This document shows positions 26,105-38,935 of a DNA stretch of 64,000 nt, in pieces. Numbering within the stretch: position 1 is the stretch's first letter; every line of letters begins with the position of its first letter. The notes beneath the pieces were generated by a model. The model saw only the letters and a program-made list of their open reading frames with translations. It ran no database searches and was not told the DNA's origin. A program made the translations under genes and the position numbers. Origin of the DNA: Mobula hypostoma (Eukaryota); NCBI RefSeq assembly GCF_963921235.1, contig NC_086108.1, positions 114,826,001 through 114,890,000 of the forward strand, given 5' to 3'.

Positions 26105-26918
26105 CAAACAACAGGAATTCTGCATATGCTGGAAATTCAAGCAACACACAAAGTTGCTGGTGAACGCAGCAGGCCAGGCAGCATCTCTAGGAAGAGGTAC
26201 AGTCGACGTTTCGGGCCGAGACCCTTCGTCAAGACTAACTGAAAGAAAAGCTAGTAAGAGATTTGAAAGTAGGAGGGGGAAGGGGAGATCCAAAATGATA
26301 GGAGAAGACAGGAGGGGGAGGGATGGAGCCGAGAGCTGGACAGGTGATTGGCAAAGGGGATATGAGAGGATCATGGGACAGGAGGTCTGGGGAGAAAGAT
26401 AAGGTGGGGGGGAAACCAGAGGATGGGCAAGGGGTATAGTCAGAGGGACAGAGGGAGAAAAAGGAGAGTGAGAGAAAGAATGTGTGTATAAAAATAAATA
26501 ACGGATGGGGTACGAGGGGGAGGTGGGGCATTAGTGGAAGTTAGAGAAGTCGATGTTCATGCCATCAGGTTGGAGGCTACCCAGATGAAATATAAGGTGT
26601 TGTTCCTCCAACCTGAGTGTGGCTTCATCTTTACAGTAGAGGAGGCCGTGGATAGACATGTCAGAATGGGAATGGGATGTGGAATTAAAATGTGTGGCCA
26701 CTGAGAGATCCTGCTTTCTCTGGCAGGCAGAGCGTAGGTGTTCAGCAAAATGATCTCCTAGCCTGCGTCGGGTCTTGCCAATATATAGAAGGCCACATCG
26801 GGAGCACCGGACGCAGTATATCACCCCAGCCAACTCACAGGTGAAGTGTCGCCTCACCTGTAAGGACTGTCTGGGGCACTGAATGGTGGTAAGGGAGGAA
26901 GTGTAAGGGCATGTGTAG
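26105..26918 (-). mobile_element. Penelope-like element: GIY-YIG endonuclease C-terminus + 3' UTR with minimal hammerhead
   Basis: ORF 26531-26857 VIYCVRCSRCGLLYIGKTRRRLGDHFAEH...LQPDGMN; minus-strand AGTCTTGACGAAGGGTCTCGGCCCGAAACGTCGACT at 26201-26236. Confidence 0.92.
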
Positions 26919-28095
26919 CACTCCAGAGAGTCCAGAGGAGGTTCACGAGGATGATTCTGGGAATAAAGGAGTTAATGTATGAAGAGCCTTTGGCAGCTTT
27001 GGGCCTGTACTCACTGGAATTTAGAAGAATGTGGGGGAATCTCATTACAACCTACCAATTATTGAAAATACTAGGTAGGGTAGATGAGGATGTTTCCTAT
27101 AGTGGGAGGTATCCAGAACTAGAGGGCACAGACTCAAAATTGAAGGACAACCTTTCAGAACAGAGGTAAGAAAGATTTTTTTAGCCAGAGAGTAGCAAAT
27201 GTGTAGAATGCTCTGGTGGAAGCCATGTCTATAGGTATTTTTAAGGTGGAAGTTGATTATTTCCTGATAGGTCAGGGCATCAAAGGATAAGGTGGCAAAG
27301 GTTTGAGGGGGGGGGGGATCTGGGATGGCAGAGCAGACTCGATGGGCTGAATGGCCTAATTCTGCTCCGATGTCTTATGCTCCATTATTTTTACACATTT
27401 CCTTCATCAGATTACATATCTGTTTCTTAATGTATCAGTGGCTATTGTCTCTCTATTGTCTGTAGTACAATACCATCACTGTGATTGCACCCTTCCTATT
27501 CTGAGTTTTACCCATATGGATTCTGTGTCTGACCCCTCCATTATGTGTCCCCTGAGCCCAGCTGTGATATTGTCTCTGATTAGTGGTGCAATTCCACACC
27601 CTCTTTTACCTCCTCCTCTATCTTTTCGAAAACCTTGAAAACCTGGTACATTAATAACCCAGTCCTGCCCCTCTCTCAACCATGTTTAAGTAATGACCAG
27701 AACATTGTGGTTCCATGTTCCGATCCATGGTCGAAGTTCATCACCTTTACCCATAATAGTCCTAGCATTAAAATACACACAGGTCAAACTATCGAACTGG
27801 GGAGAGGGCCAGGCAGTGGGGCTGCGGAGGGGAGGAATGGATCAGCCATAACTGAATGGTGGAGCAGACTTGACAGGCCAAATAGCCTAATGCTGCTTCT
27901 ATGTCTCATGGTCTAACCCATCATACCTGGTACTTCAACTTTGCCCTTCAATGCTTGCCCTTACATCTACCTTCTTGTCCAATCCTTCCTTACTGACCTA
28001 GGGCTCTGGTCCCAGCCCCCTGGAAGACTAGTTTAAACTCTCCTGAGTGGTATCAGAAAACCTCCCAGCCAGGATATTGGTTCCCCTCCAGTTCA

Positions 28096-29655
28096 TAGAA
28101 CATAGAAATCTACAGCACATTACAGGCCCTTCGGCCCACAATGTTATGTCAACCATGTAACCTACTCTAGAAACTGCCTAGAATTTCCCTAGCCCTCTAT
28201 TTTTCTCAGCTCCATGTACCTATCTAAGAGGCTCTTAAAAGACCATATTGTATCCACCTCTACAACATCCGCTGGCAGTGCATTCCACGCACCCACCACT
28301 CTGTGAAAAACTTACCCCTGACATCTCCCCATCCCCCTACCTATTTCCAAACACCTTAAAACTCCTCTGGCTATCCACACAATCAATGTCTCTCATTATC
28401 TTATACACCTCTATCAGGTCAGATCTCATCCTCCATCACTCCAAGGAGAAAAGGCCAAGCTCACTCAACCTATTCTCATAAGGCATGCTCCCCAATCCAG
28501 GCAACATCCTTGTAAATCTCCTCTGCACTTTCTCTATAGTATCCACATCCTTCCTGTAGTGAGGTGACCAGAACTGAACACAGTAGTCCAATTGGGGTTT
28601 AACTAAGGTCTTATATAGCTATAATATTACCTCACGGCTCTTGAACTCAATCCCATGGTTGATGAATGCCAACACACCATACACCTTCTTAACAACACTG
28701 TGAACCTGTGCAGCAGCTTTGAGTGCCCTATGGACATGGACCCCAAGATCTCTCTGATCTCCACACTGTCAAGAGTCTTACCATTAACATTATATTATCT
28801 TCTGCCCTTCCAAAATGAACCACTTCACACTTATCTGGGTTGAACTCCATCTGCCACTTCTCAACCCAGTTCTGCATCCTATTGATGTCTCACTGTAACC
28901 TCTGACAACCATCCAGACCATCCTCAACACCCCCAACCTTTGTGTCATCAGCAAACCTACTAACCCACCCTTCTACTTCCTCACCCAGATCAATTATAGA
29001 AATCACAAAGAGGAAGGGTCTCAGAAATTACCCCAGAGGCACACCACTGGTCACCAACATCCATGCAGAATATGACCCCGTCTACAACCACCCTTTGCCT
29101 TCTATGGGCAAGCCAATTCTGGATCCACAAAGCAAGGTCTCCTTGGATCCCATGCCTCCTTACTTTCTGAATGAGCCTTGGATGGGGAACCTTATCAAAT
29201 CCCTTACTGAAATCCATATACATAACATCCACTGCTCTACCTTCATTAATGTGTTTGTTACATCCTCAAAGAATTCAATCAGGCTCGTAAGGCACGACCT
29301 GCCTTTGATAAAGCCTTGCTGACTATCCCCTATTGTGATTATGTCTCTCCAAATACTCATAAATCCTGCCTCTCAGGGTCTTTTCCAACAACTTGACCAC
29401 TAGTGAAGTAAGACACACTGGTTTATAATTTCCTGGGATATCTCTACTCCCTTTCTTGAACAAGGGGACAACATTTGCAACCTTCCAATCCTCTGGTACT
29501 TCTCCTGTCCCTATTCATGATGCAAAGATCATCACAAGAGGCTCAGCAATCTCCTCCCTCACTTCCCAAAGTATTCATTATGTACCTCTGCCTCCTCCTC
29601 TGACTCTATGCACGCATTTCCACTATCACATCTGATCGGTCCTATTCTCACACGG
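28096..29655 (-). mobile_element. Degenerate CR1 ORF2 3' half
   Basis: ORFs 28990-29232 and 29160-29360 (SCLTSLIEFFE, YMDFSKGFDKVPH). Confidence 0.9.
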
Positions 29656-29879
29656 TCCTGATGGTGCCTGACCTGCTGAGTTCCTCCAACATTTTATGTG
29701 TGTTGCTTTGGATTTCCAGAATCTGCAGAATTTCTAGTGTTTCCATTTGGTAGATTTATGGCTCATTGTAAATTATCCAGTGATTCGGCTAGTTTAAACG
29801 GGAGAGTTGCAGGCGGTGTAGCTTGTCGGTCCCATGCTGTTTATCGAAAAACGATTCAAAAGGTTCCGTTTATCATCGG

Positions 29880-32800
29880 AGAACGTAGAACCATGGAACA
29901 CTACAGCACAGAAAACAGGCCATTTGGCCCTTCTAGTCTGTGCCGAAACTTTATTCCGCTAGTCCCATTGACCTGCACCCAGTCCATAACCCTCCAGACC
30001 TCTCCCATCCATGTATCTATCCAATTTATTCTTAAAACTTGAGTGAGCCCACATTTACCACGTCAGGTGGCAGCTCGTTCCACACTCCCACCACTCTCCA
30101 AGTGAAGAAGTTCCCCCTAATGTATCATTTGTATATTGTATCATTTCTTAATGCATGCATTACTAAATGACAATAAAAGAGGACTGCGCGTCCTCATAAT
30201 CTAATCTAATGTTTCCTTTCCCCATTCACCCTAAAGCCATGCCCTCTCGTATTTCTCTCTCCTAATCAAAGTGGAAAGAGCCTACTCGCTTTTACTCTGT
30301 CTATACCTCTCATAATTTTGTAAACCTCTATCAAATCACCCCTCATTCTTCTACGCTCCAGGGAATAAAGTCCTAACCTGTTCAATCTTTCCCTGTAACT
30401 CAACTCCTGAAGATCCGGCAACATCCTAGTAAATCTTCTCTGCACTCTTTCAATCTTACTGATATCCTTCATATAGTTAGGTGACCAGAACTACACACAA
30501 TACTCCAAACTCCATACTTTGATTTATGAATGTCAGGATGCCAAAAGCCTTCTTTACAACCCTGTCTACCTGTGACACCACTTTCAGGGAACTATGTATC
30601 TGAACTCCCAAATCTCTTTGTTCCTCCGCACTCCTCAGTGCCCTACCATTTACTGTATATGTCCTACCTTGATTTGTCCATCCAAAATGCAACACCTCAC
30701 CCTGTCTGCATTAAATTCCATCTGCCATTTTCAGGCCCATTTTTCCAGTTGGTCCAGATCCCTCTGCAAGCTTTGAAAGCCTTCCTCGCTGTCCACAACG
30801 CCTCCAATCTTAGTGTCATCAGCAAACTTGCTGATCCAATTTACCACATTATCTAGATCATTGATATAGACAACAAAAACAATGGTCCCAGCACAGATCC
30901 TTGAGGCACACCACTAGTCACAGGCCTCCAGTCTGAGAAGCAATCATCCACTACAACTCTGTCTTCTCCCACACAGCCAATTATGAATCCAGTTTACAAC
31001 CTCTCCATGGATACCTAGTGTCTGAACCTTCTGAACTAACCTCCCATGTGGGACCTTGTCAAAGGCCTTACTAAAGTCCATGTAGACAACATCCACAGCC
31101 TTTCCTTCATCTACTTTCTTGTTAACCTCCTCGAAAAACTCTACAAGATTCGTTAAACATGATCTACCATGCACAAAGCCATGCTGACTATCCTTAATCA
31201 GCCCTTGACTGTCCAAATTCTTGTATAGCCAATCTCTCAGGACACCTTCCAATAATTTACCTACCACTGATGTCAGGCTCACTGGCCTGTAATTACCTGG
31301 TTTACTTTTGGAGCCTTTTTTAAACAACAGAATAACACGAGCTACCCTCCAATCCTCCAGCACCGCACCCGTGGCTAAGGACATTTTAAATATTTCTGCC
31401 AGGGCCCCTGCAATTTCTACACTAGTCTCTCTCAAGGTCCAAGGAAATATCATGTCAGGCCCAGGGGACTTATCTACCTTTATTCACTGTAAGGCAGCAA
31501 ACACCTCCTCCTCTTTAATCTCCGTATGTTCCCTGACACTGTTGCTTGTTTCCCTTCCTTCCATATACACTATGCCAGTTTCCTGAGTAAATACCAATGC
31601 AAAAAAAACTGTTTAAGATCTCCCCCATCTCATGAGGCTCCACACATAGACACCACTCTGATCTTCTAGGGGACTAATTTTGTCCCTTACTATCCTTTTA
31701 CTCTTAATAAACTTGTAGAAACCCTTCGGGTTTGCCTTCACATTATCTGCGAAAGGAACCTCATGTCTTCTTTTTGCCTTCCTGATTTCCTTCTTTAGTA
31801 TTTTCTTACATTTTCTATACCCTTCAAGTACCTCATTTGTTCCTTGTTGCCTATACCTGCTATACACCTTGCTCTTTTTCTTAACCAGATCACCAATATC
31901 CCTTGAAAACCATGGTTCCCTATGCCTGTTAACTTTGCCTTTAATCCTGGCAGGAAGATGCAAACTCTGCACTCTCAAAATTTCGCCTTTGAAGGCCTTC
32001 CACTTACTGAACACATCCTTGCCAGAAAACAACTTATCCCAATCCACTCTTCCTAGATCCTTTCTCATTTCCACAAAAATGGCCCTTCTCCAATTTAGAA
32101 CCTCAACTCGAGGACCAGACCTATCCTTATCCATAATTAACTTGAAACTAATGACATTCTGGTCACCAGACCCAAAATGCTCGCCTACACTTACTTCTGT
32201 CACCCGACCTGCCTGGTTCCCTAATAGGAGATCAAGAATTGCATCCTCTCTCGTAGGTACCTCTATATATTGATTTAGAAAACTTTCCTGAACACATTTG
32301 ACAAACTCTAAGCCATCTAGCCCTTTCACAGTGTGGGAGTCCCAGTCAATATGTGGAAAGTTAAAATCCTCTACTATTACAACTTTGTTTCTTACATCGG
32401 TCTGCTATCTCTCTACAGATTTGCTCCTCTAATTCTCTGACTATTGGGCGGTCTATAATACAACCCTATTAGTGTGGTCACAACTTTCCCGTTCCTCAGC
32501 TCCACCCATATGGCCGCTGTAGACAAGCCCTCTGGGCTGTCCTGTCTATGCACAGCTGTGATATTTTCCCTGACTAGTAATGCCACTCCTCCTCCTTTCA
32601 TCCCTCCCCCTCTATCACGTCTGAAACAACGGAACCCCAGAACATTAAACTGCCAGTCCTGCCCCTCCTGCAACCAAGTCTCACTAATAGCAATAATGTC
32701 ATAATCCCACGTGCCAATCCATGCCCCAAGCTCATCTGCCCTACCTACAATACTCCTTGCATTGAAACAGATGCACCTGAGAACATTTCTATCAGGTACA

Positions 32801-33620
32801 AACCTTTGATTTCTGTCTATACATGCAGTCCTCGCATGACCTTTATCCTCCTCCATCTCACTATCTGCTGTAACACTCTGGACATCTGGCTGCTCACCCT
32901 CCCTCCTGAGAATACCGAGAACTCGATCCGAGATATCGGTGACCTTGGCACCAGGGAAGCAACAGACCATCCGGGATTCTCGATCTCTCCCACAGAACCT
33001 CTTATCTGTTCCCCCTAACTATCAAATCCCCTATCACTACTGCTGTCCTCTTTTCCCTCCTTCCCTTCTGAGCTGAGGGTCCAGTCTCAGTGCCAGAGAC
33101 GCAACCACTGCAATTTGTCCCTGGTAGGTCGTCCCCACCAACAGTATCCAAAACGGTATACTTATTGTTGATGGGAACAGCCACAGGGGTGCTCTGCTCA
33201 TTCTGTCTACTCCCCTTCCCTCTCCTGACAGTCACCCAGCTACCTGCCTCCTGACTTTTAGGGGTGACTGTCTCCCTGAAACTCCTGTCTATTTCTGCCT
33301 CTACCTCCTGAATGATCCGAAGTTCATCCAGCTCCAACTCCAGTTCCCTAACACGGTTTGTCAGGAGCTGCAGCTGGATGCACCTTTTACAGGCGTAGTC
33401 ATCAGGGATGATTGTGCTGTCCCTGACTTCCCACGTACTGCATACGGAGCACTTGACTGCCCTACCTGCTGCCTCCATTACCTAGTCCTAAGTTAATTAA
33501 ATTAAAGAAACTTACCCGGCCTTACCTCACTGGGGGCAAGCTGGTCCTCAGCCTCTGCTCACCGAAGCCTCTCGAGCCAAAGCCTCAAAGCTCCACTCCT
33601 ACCCCGAGCTACTCACACAA
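29880..33620 (-). mobile_element. Near full-length CR1 LINE (5'UTR, ORF1 zinc-finger/coiled-coil/esterase start, ORF2 APE-RT), with internal deletion
   Basis: ORF1 33002-33478 (CSVC...CKRC, LELELDEL, VIGDLIVRG); ORF2 pieces 32413-32970, 31613-32329, 30944-31453, 30266-30695; most of the esterase is deleted near 32880. Confidence 0.93.
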
Positions 33621-34235
33621 TGTGTACAGTTTACAACCTGAAATTCTTACTCTTCACAGACATCCACAAAAAACAGGCAAACCCCAAAAGAATGAATGAC
33701 ATAAAAACATTAGAACCCCAAAGAGTCCTCTTCGCCCTCCCTGCGCAAGCATCAGCCTCCCCCTCCACCTTATGAGAACATTACTAGGACTGGAGGGGAG
33801 ACTGGACAGGCCAGGACTGTGTACCCATGAGTGAGACGGTGGCAGGGGTGGGGGGGGTGGATGCCTAATGAAAATTCATAAAATCATGAGGAGCTAGATA
33901 AGATAGATAGATGATCATAGGCTTTCCCCCCACCCCAGGAGCCTAAAACTAGAGGGCACAGGTTTAAGGGGGTGGTGGGTAAATGGAATAAGCTGCCAGA
34001 GGAAGTGGAAGTGGTAGAGGGTCGAGACCACAATAGGAATGTGGGAAGTTTTCAAGGGATTGCGGCCAAGATTCAGACAAACAGGACAGGTTCGAGTAGA
34101 CCACATGGTCAGCATGTTTGAGCTGAGCTGAAGGGTCTGTTTCTGTACTGTTATTCTAAGTGGAGATTTTGTTCAGAGGGCTATCACAGGTCTGATGGGG
34201 AGAATGGTCTTACTGTGTTATATTATTGTTCTCAG

Positions 34236-34318
34236 TGCCTCTGGCCGACGCTCGTCGCAGGGAGCTGTTGTTGAGGAGCTGAGGAGAAGCCTACAGTACC
34301 CACCCATGGATGTGAACG
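34236..34318 (+). CDS. TNNI3K: TNNI3K penultimate coding exon ((S)ASGRRSSQGAVVEELRRSLQYPPMDVN(G))
   Basis: ttctcAG acceptor, 83 nt, phase 2 in and phase 1 out (compatible with both neighbours), G|GTCAGT donor; resembles SSQGLSLEEMKRSLQYxPIDKY. Confidence 0.9.
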
Positions 34319-34339
34319 GTCAGTATCATTTCTGCAGGG

Positions 34340-34830
34340 CTCGCAGTTCTCTCCCTGCCCACCGCCCTTCCACCAAAATCTGTCTGCCTCTCCCCCCCCC
34401 ACTGACCCACCCCCACAGGTTCCTGTTGGTTTTGGGCCTCTCTCCCAGCCCACTACCTCTCCCACACCCACTGGTTCCTGCTGGGTTCAGGCCTCTCTCC
34501 CTGCACACTACCCTTCCATGAAAATCTGTCTGCTTCTTTCCCCATTGACCCACCCCCACAGGTTCCCACTGGTTTTGGGCCTCTCTCCCTGCACATCACC
34601 TCTCCCACCCCCCCATCAACCCACTCCCACTGATTCCAGCTGGGTTCAGACCACTCTCCCTACCCACCGCCCTTCCACTGAGATCCATCCACTTCTGCTT
34701 CCTCCCCGCCCAAACAGGCTCCCACTAGGCTCAGACCTCTTTGCCCGCCCACCACCCTTCCACTGATGTCCGTCCAGCTCTACTCCCTCTCCCCGGGCTT
34801 CTGATAGGCTTGGACCTTTCTCCCTGCCTG
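34340..34830. repeat. Degenerate C-rich minisatellite following the TNNI3K penultimate exon
   Basis: Recurrent ccaccgcccttcca..., cccccacaggttcc... and gggcctctctccc blocks. Confidence 0.65.
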
Positions 34831-35262
34831 CTGCCTGTCGATCAACATCTGTCTACCTCTCCCCTCCATCATAGACCAACAGCACAGGAACAGACCCTTC
34901 GGCCTGCCATGTCTATGCTAACCCTCCAGTTCCCATCTAAAGCAACACCACTCTACATGACTTACTCCATACCCTTCTTTGCCTTGGTGATTCAATGTTG
35001 CAAGGGCCTCTGCCACCACCTCCTCCTCAGGCAGTAAGTTCCAGATTCCAGCCTTCTCTGGGGGAAGAACTAGCCCTCTTCCTTCTCACCATACGCACTT
35101 TTACCCCAAAAATATCTTCATTACTTAGTACATTCCGCAATGCATGGGCAGCATGCTAGCATACCGGTTAGCAGATTAATGACCTGGGTTCAATTCCTGC
35201 CGCTATCAGTACGGAGTTTGAACTGTCCCCCTGTGACTGTGGCTTTACTCCCACCCCTCCAG

Positions 35263-37750
35263 TTCTTCTGCTTTTGGCTTTTCACAGCAATTGGCAGTCC
35301 AGCTTAAAGGTGCATTGCCACCACTAACTGGACTGGAGTGTGGTGTAGAGAGTTGGGAAATAAACCCCTTACTGGTTCTTTATCAAATGAAAACTGAATT
35401 ACCCCAAAGAGCCCTATAGGTTGTAAATAGTGAAATACAATACTGTGAATTAAAGTCAATTCCAAAACTTAATGAAGTGAAAACTATCAACTCCCAAAGA
35501 CTGTAGTGCAGCCTGCATTTGATTTCTTTCAACCTTATATGCTTCACAATGTGTTCAACTGTTCCATAATGACAAAACCTACACAACCCAAAATGATGTT
35601 TTCCAACATGATACAAGGCATAATTAAGCATTGTATGCCCAATTCTAAGTCCAGTCAATATAAGTCCTTCCCTTCTTGTTTTATCTCCTTCTCCCATCAA
35701 CCCAACAGTTTTATGTATTCTGTAAAGTTGTCTCCCCTAATGCCCATTATCCCACAAGTCTTGCCATAATTCCCTAATTCTTAACCCTACCAACCCCTTA
35801 GCTCTTCATTTGTTAAAGGTCTACAGTGCCTATAAAAAGTATTCAGCTCCTTGGAAGTCTTCATGATTTATTGTTTTACAACAGTGTATTTAATTTGGAT
35901 TTTTTTTTAACACTGATCAACGCAAGACTCTTTCATGTCAAAGTGAAAACAGATCTCTGCAAAGTGATCTAAATTTAATAACAAATATAAAACACAAAGT
36001 AGTTGATTGCAAAATATTTACCCTTTAACATGACACACCAAATCATCACTGGTGCAGCCAATTGGTTTTAGAAGTCACATAATTAGTTAAGTGGAGATCA
36101 CCTGTGTGCAGTCAAGGTGTTTCAATTGATTGTAGTAAAAATACACCAATATCTACAAGGTCTAACTGCTGGTGAGTCAGTATCCTGGCAAAAACTACAC
36201 CATGAAGACAAGAACACTCCAAGCAACTCTGCGAAAAGGTTACCGTAAAGCACAAGTCAGGAGATGGATACAAGAAAATTTCCAAGTCACTGAATTTAAC
36301 TGGAGTATGGTTAAATCAATTATCAAGAAATGGAAGAATATGGCACTGTTGTAAATCTGCCTAGAGCAGGCAGTCCTCAAAAACTGAGTGACTGTGCAAG
36401 AAGGGGACTAGTGAGGGAGGTCACCAAGTGACCTATGACAACTCTAGAGGAGTTACAAGCTTCAGTGGCTGAGATGGGAGAGACTGCACATACAACAACT
36501 GTTCCCAGGTGTCTCACCAGTTGCAGCTTTATGGGAGAGTGGCAAAGAGAAAACCAGTTTGGGGTAAAAAAAACATGAAATCTCGGTTAGAGTTTGCCAG
36601 AAGGCACGTGGGAAGACTCGGAGGTCAGTCAGAAGAAGGTTCTATGATCTGATGAAACCAAAATTGAACTTTCTGGCCATCAGACTAAACGCTAAGTTTG
36701 GCGTAAGCCAAACACTGCACATCATCAAAAACACACCATCTTTCCCATGAAGCGTGGTGGTGGCTGCGTCATGCTGTGGAGATGCTTCACTGCAGCAGGC
36801 CTAGGAAGGTAGAGGGTAAAATGAATGCAGCAAAATACAGGGAAATCCTGGAGGAAAACCTGATGCAGTCTACAAGAGAACTGTGACTTGGGAGAAGATT
36901 CGTTTTCCATCAAGACGACCCCAAGAACAAAGCCAAAGCTACACAGGAATGGCTTAAAAACAACAAAGTTAATGTCCTGGGATGGCCAAGTCAGAGTCCA
37001 GACCCCAAACCAATTTGTAGTTGGACTTGAAAAAGGCAGTTCATTCATAATCCCCATGCAGTCTGACAGAACTCGAGTAGTTTTGTAAAGAAGAATGGGG
37101 AAAAATTGCAGTGTCCAGATGTGCAAAGCTGATTGAGACCCATCCACAGAGACTCATGGCTGTAATTATGGCATGTAGTATTATGTAATCTAGTGCATCT
37201 ACTAAATACTGACTTGAAGGGGATGAGCGATTATGCAATCAATTATTTTGTGTTTTATTTTTGAAAATAATTTAGATCACTTTGTAGGAATCTGTTTTCA
37301 CTTTGACATGGAAGAGTCTTTTTCTGTTGATCAGTGTCAAAAAAGCCAAATTAAATCCATTGTGATTCAATGTTGTAAAACAATAAAACATGAAAACTTC
37401 CAAGAGGGATAAATACTTTTCATAGAAACTGTATATCTACTGCTGAAATGTTAACCTTTTTTTTAGCTAAGAATCAACCTCTAATTCCCCACAACACCTC
37501 TATGTGCAGGAACCCACAAGAAGAGACATGTAAACTAATACTTTGAATATGAAATAAAGCTTGAAGAGCTTCTAACAATAACTCTGACCTCGTGCTAGAA
37601 TGACCTGTTTTAAGACTCATCAAAACCGAAAAAGAACCTGAATAAATTACAACTTTGCAAGGACAAATTTCCTCCGCCCACTATAAGCCAAAAATGATGG
37701 CATCTAAATACTGTATACTGATAAATGATTAGTAAATGTTTCTTTATCAT
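35263..37750 (-). mobile_element. Nimb/I-group LINE 3' part (RNase H + CCHC), split by a Tc1
   Basis: 37440-37750 encodes degenerate ...WVPAHRGVVGN...; 35383-35700 encodes LRIGHTMLN...C..C...TVEH; 3' end GGTGGCAATGCACC...GAAGAA. Confidence 0.75.
35824..37431 (+). mobile_element. Full-length Tc1/mariner DNA transposon (about 200-bp TIRs, TA TSD), transposase inactivated
   Basis: TA|CAGTGCCTATAAAAAGTATT...AATACTTTTCATAGAAACTG|TA; transposase about 36202-37212 with STVKSIIKKWK-like, SDETKIELSG, QDDP, WPSQSPD-like and STKY* motifs, multiple frameshifts and stops. Confidence 0.95.
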
Positions 37751-38741
37751 TACCATAAGACCATAAAATATAGGAGTAGAAGTAGGCCATTTGGCCCATC
37801 GAGTCTGCTCCGCTATTCAATCATGGGCTGATCCAATTCTTCCAGTCATCCCCACTCCCCTGCCTTCACCCCATACCCTTTGATACCCTGGCTGATCAAG
37901 AACCTATCTATCTCTGCCTTAAATACACCCAGTGTTTTGGCCGCCCTGAAGTCGTGCCCTCTGGGGCTAAAATGCAGCCAGAAGGGGAGGAGCAGCCCCC
38001 GCAGATCTGCGAATAAGGACTGCCGTCACGCAAACTCCGTGTACTCAGATATACGGTCTCTTCTAGTCTGCATCACCGCAGGCCAGTTCCCCGCTGGTCT
38101 CCACGCTGGGGAGAGTTAGGACAGGAACAATGATGTGCCGAACCAGTTAAACCGGCGATCAATGGCCAACTCTTCTGCCTGTCTAAATCCTTCTATTTTC
38201 CTCACGCTCATGTGTCTATCTAAACGTCTGTGAGAAGTCTCCACAGTACCTGCCTCTACTACCACCCGAGACAGTGTATTCCAGACACCCTCCACTCTCT
38301 ATGTGAAAACCAGGCCCCTCACATCTCCTTTGAAATTATTCTCTTTCACCTTAAATACGTACTGCACCCTCTGGTATTAGACATTTCAAATTTGCGAAAA
38401 AAGATACTGTATCTATCTCTCATAATCTTATAAACCTCTGTCAGATCTCCCCTCAGCCTCCGCTGCTCCAGAGAAAACAACCCAGGTTTGTCCAACCTGT
38501 CGTTATAGCACACTCCCTCTAATCCAAGCAGCATCCTGGTAAACTTCTTCCTCAGCGTTCTCCAAAGTCTCGACATCCCTCCTATAATGGGACAAGCAGA
38601 ACACTCCACCATCTACTCTCACCGTTCACCCATCCCTCAGCCCGACCTGAGGCGGGAGTTTCTGGGTTCCAGGTGTCCCTCCAGCAGGGTGGTGATTCCC
38701 TGGAGGGCGGCACTGACCTGTGTATCTGTGTCCTACTGCAG

Positions 38742-38815
38742 GCTACGTGTCTGACCCTCTCAGCACCATGCGGTACAACTCCTGCAGCAGCGGTAGCCAG
38801 GAGGAGAGTCCCTGA
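38742..38815 (+). CDS. TNNI3K: TNNI3K terminal coding exon ((G)YVSDPLSTMRYNSCSSGSQEESP*)
   Basis: ctactgcAG acceptor, phase 1, GYVSDP motif of the TNNI3K C-terminus, TGA at 38813-38815. Confidence 0.92.
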
Positions 38816-38925
38816 GGTCCTACCGCCCGCCGGCTAGGCAGCGAGGGAGGACAGTCCCCGTGATTCTGTTGTCTGCCGGTAGGGCAGTGAGAGGGCGGAG
38901 ACAGCGGCCGGAGGAGATGATAGAC

Positions 38926-38935
38926 AATAAATAAA
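38926..38935 (+). promoter_or_regulatory. Polyadenylation signal of TNNI3K (two overlapping AATAAA)
   Basis: AATAAATAAA about 110 nt after the stop codon. Confidence 0.7.

Larger units (their letters stand above)
24340..27380 (+). mobile_element. Older CR1 ORF2 interrupted by three younger insertions
   Basis: CR1 frame pieces 24340-24650, 24855-25085, 25880-26104, 26920-27380 in collinear order. Confidence 0.85.
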
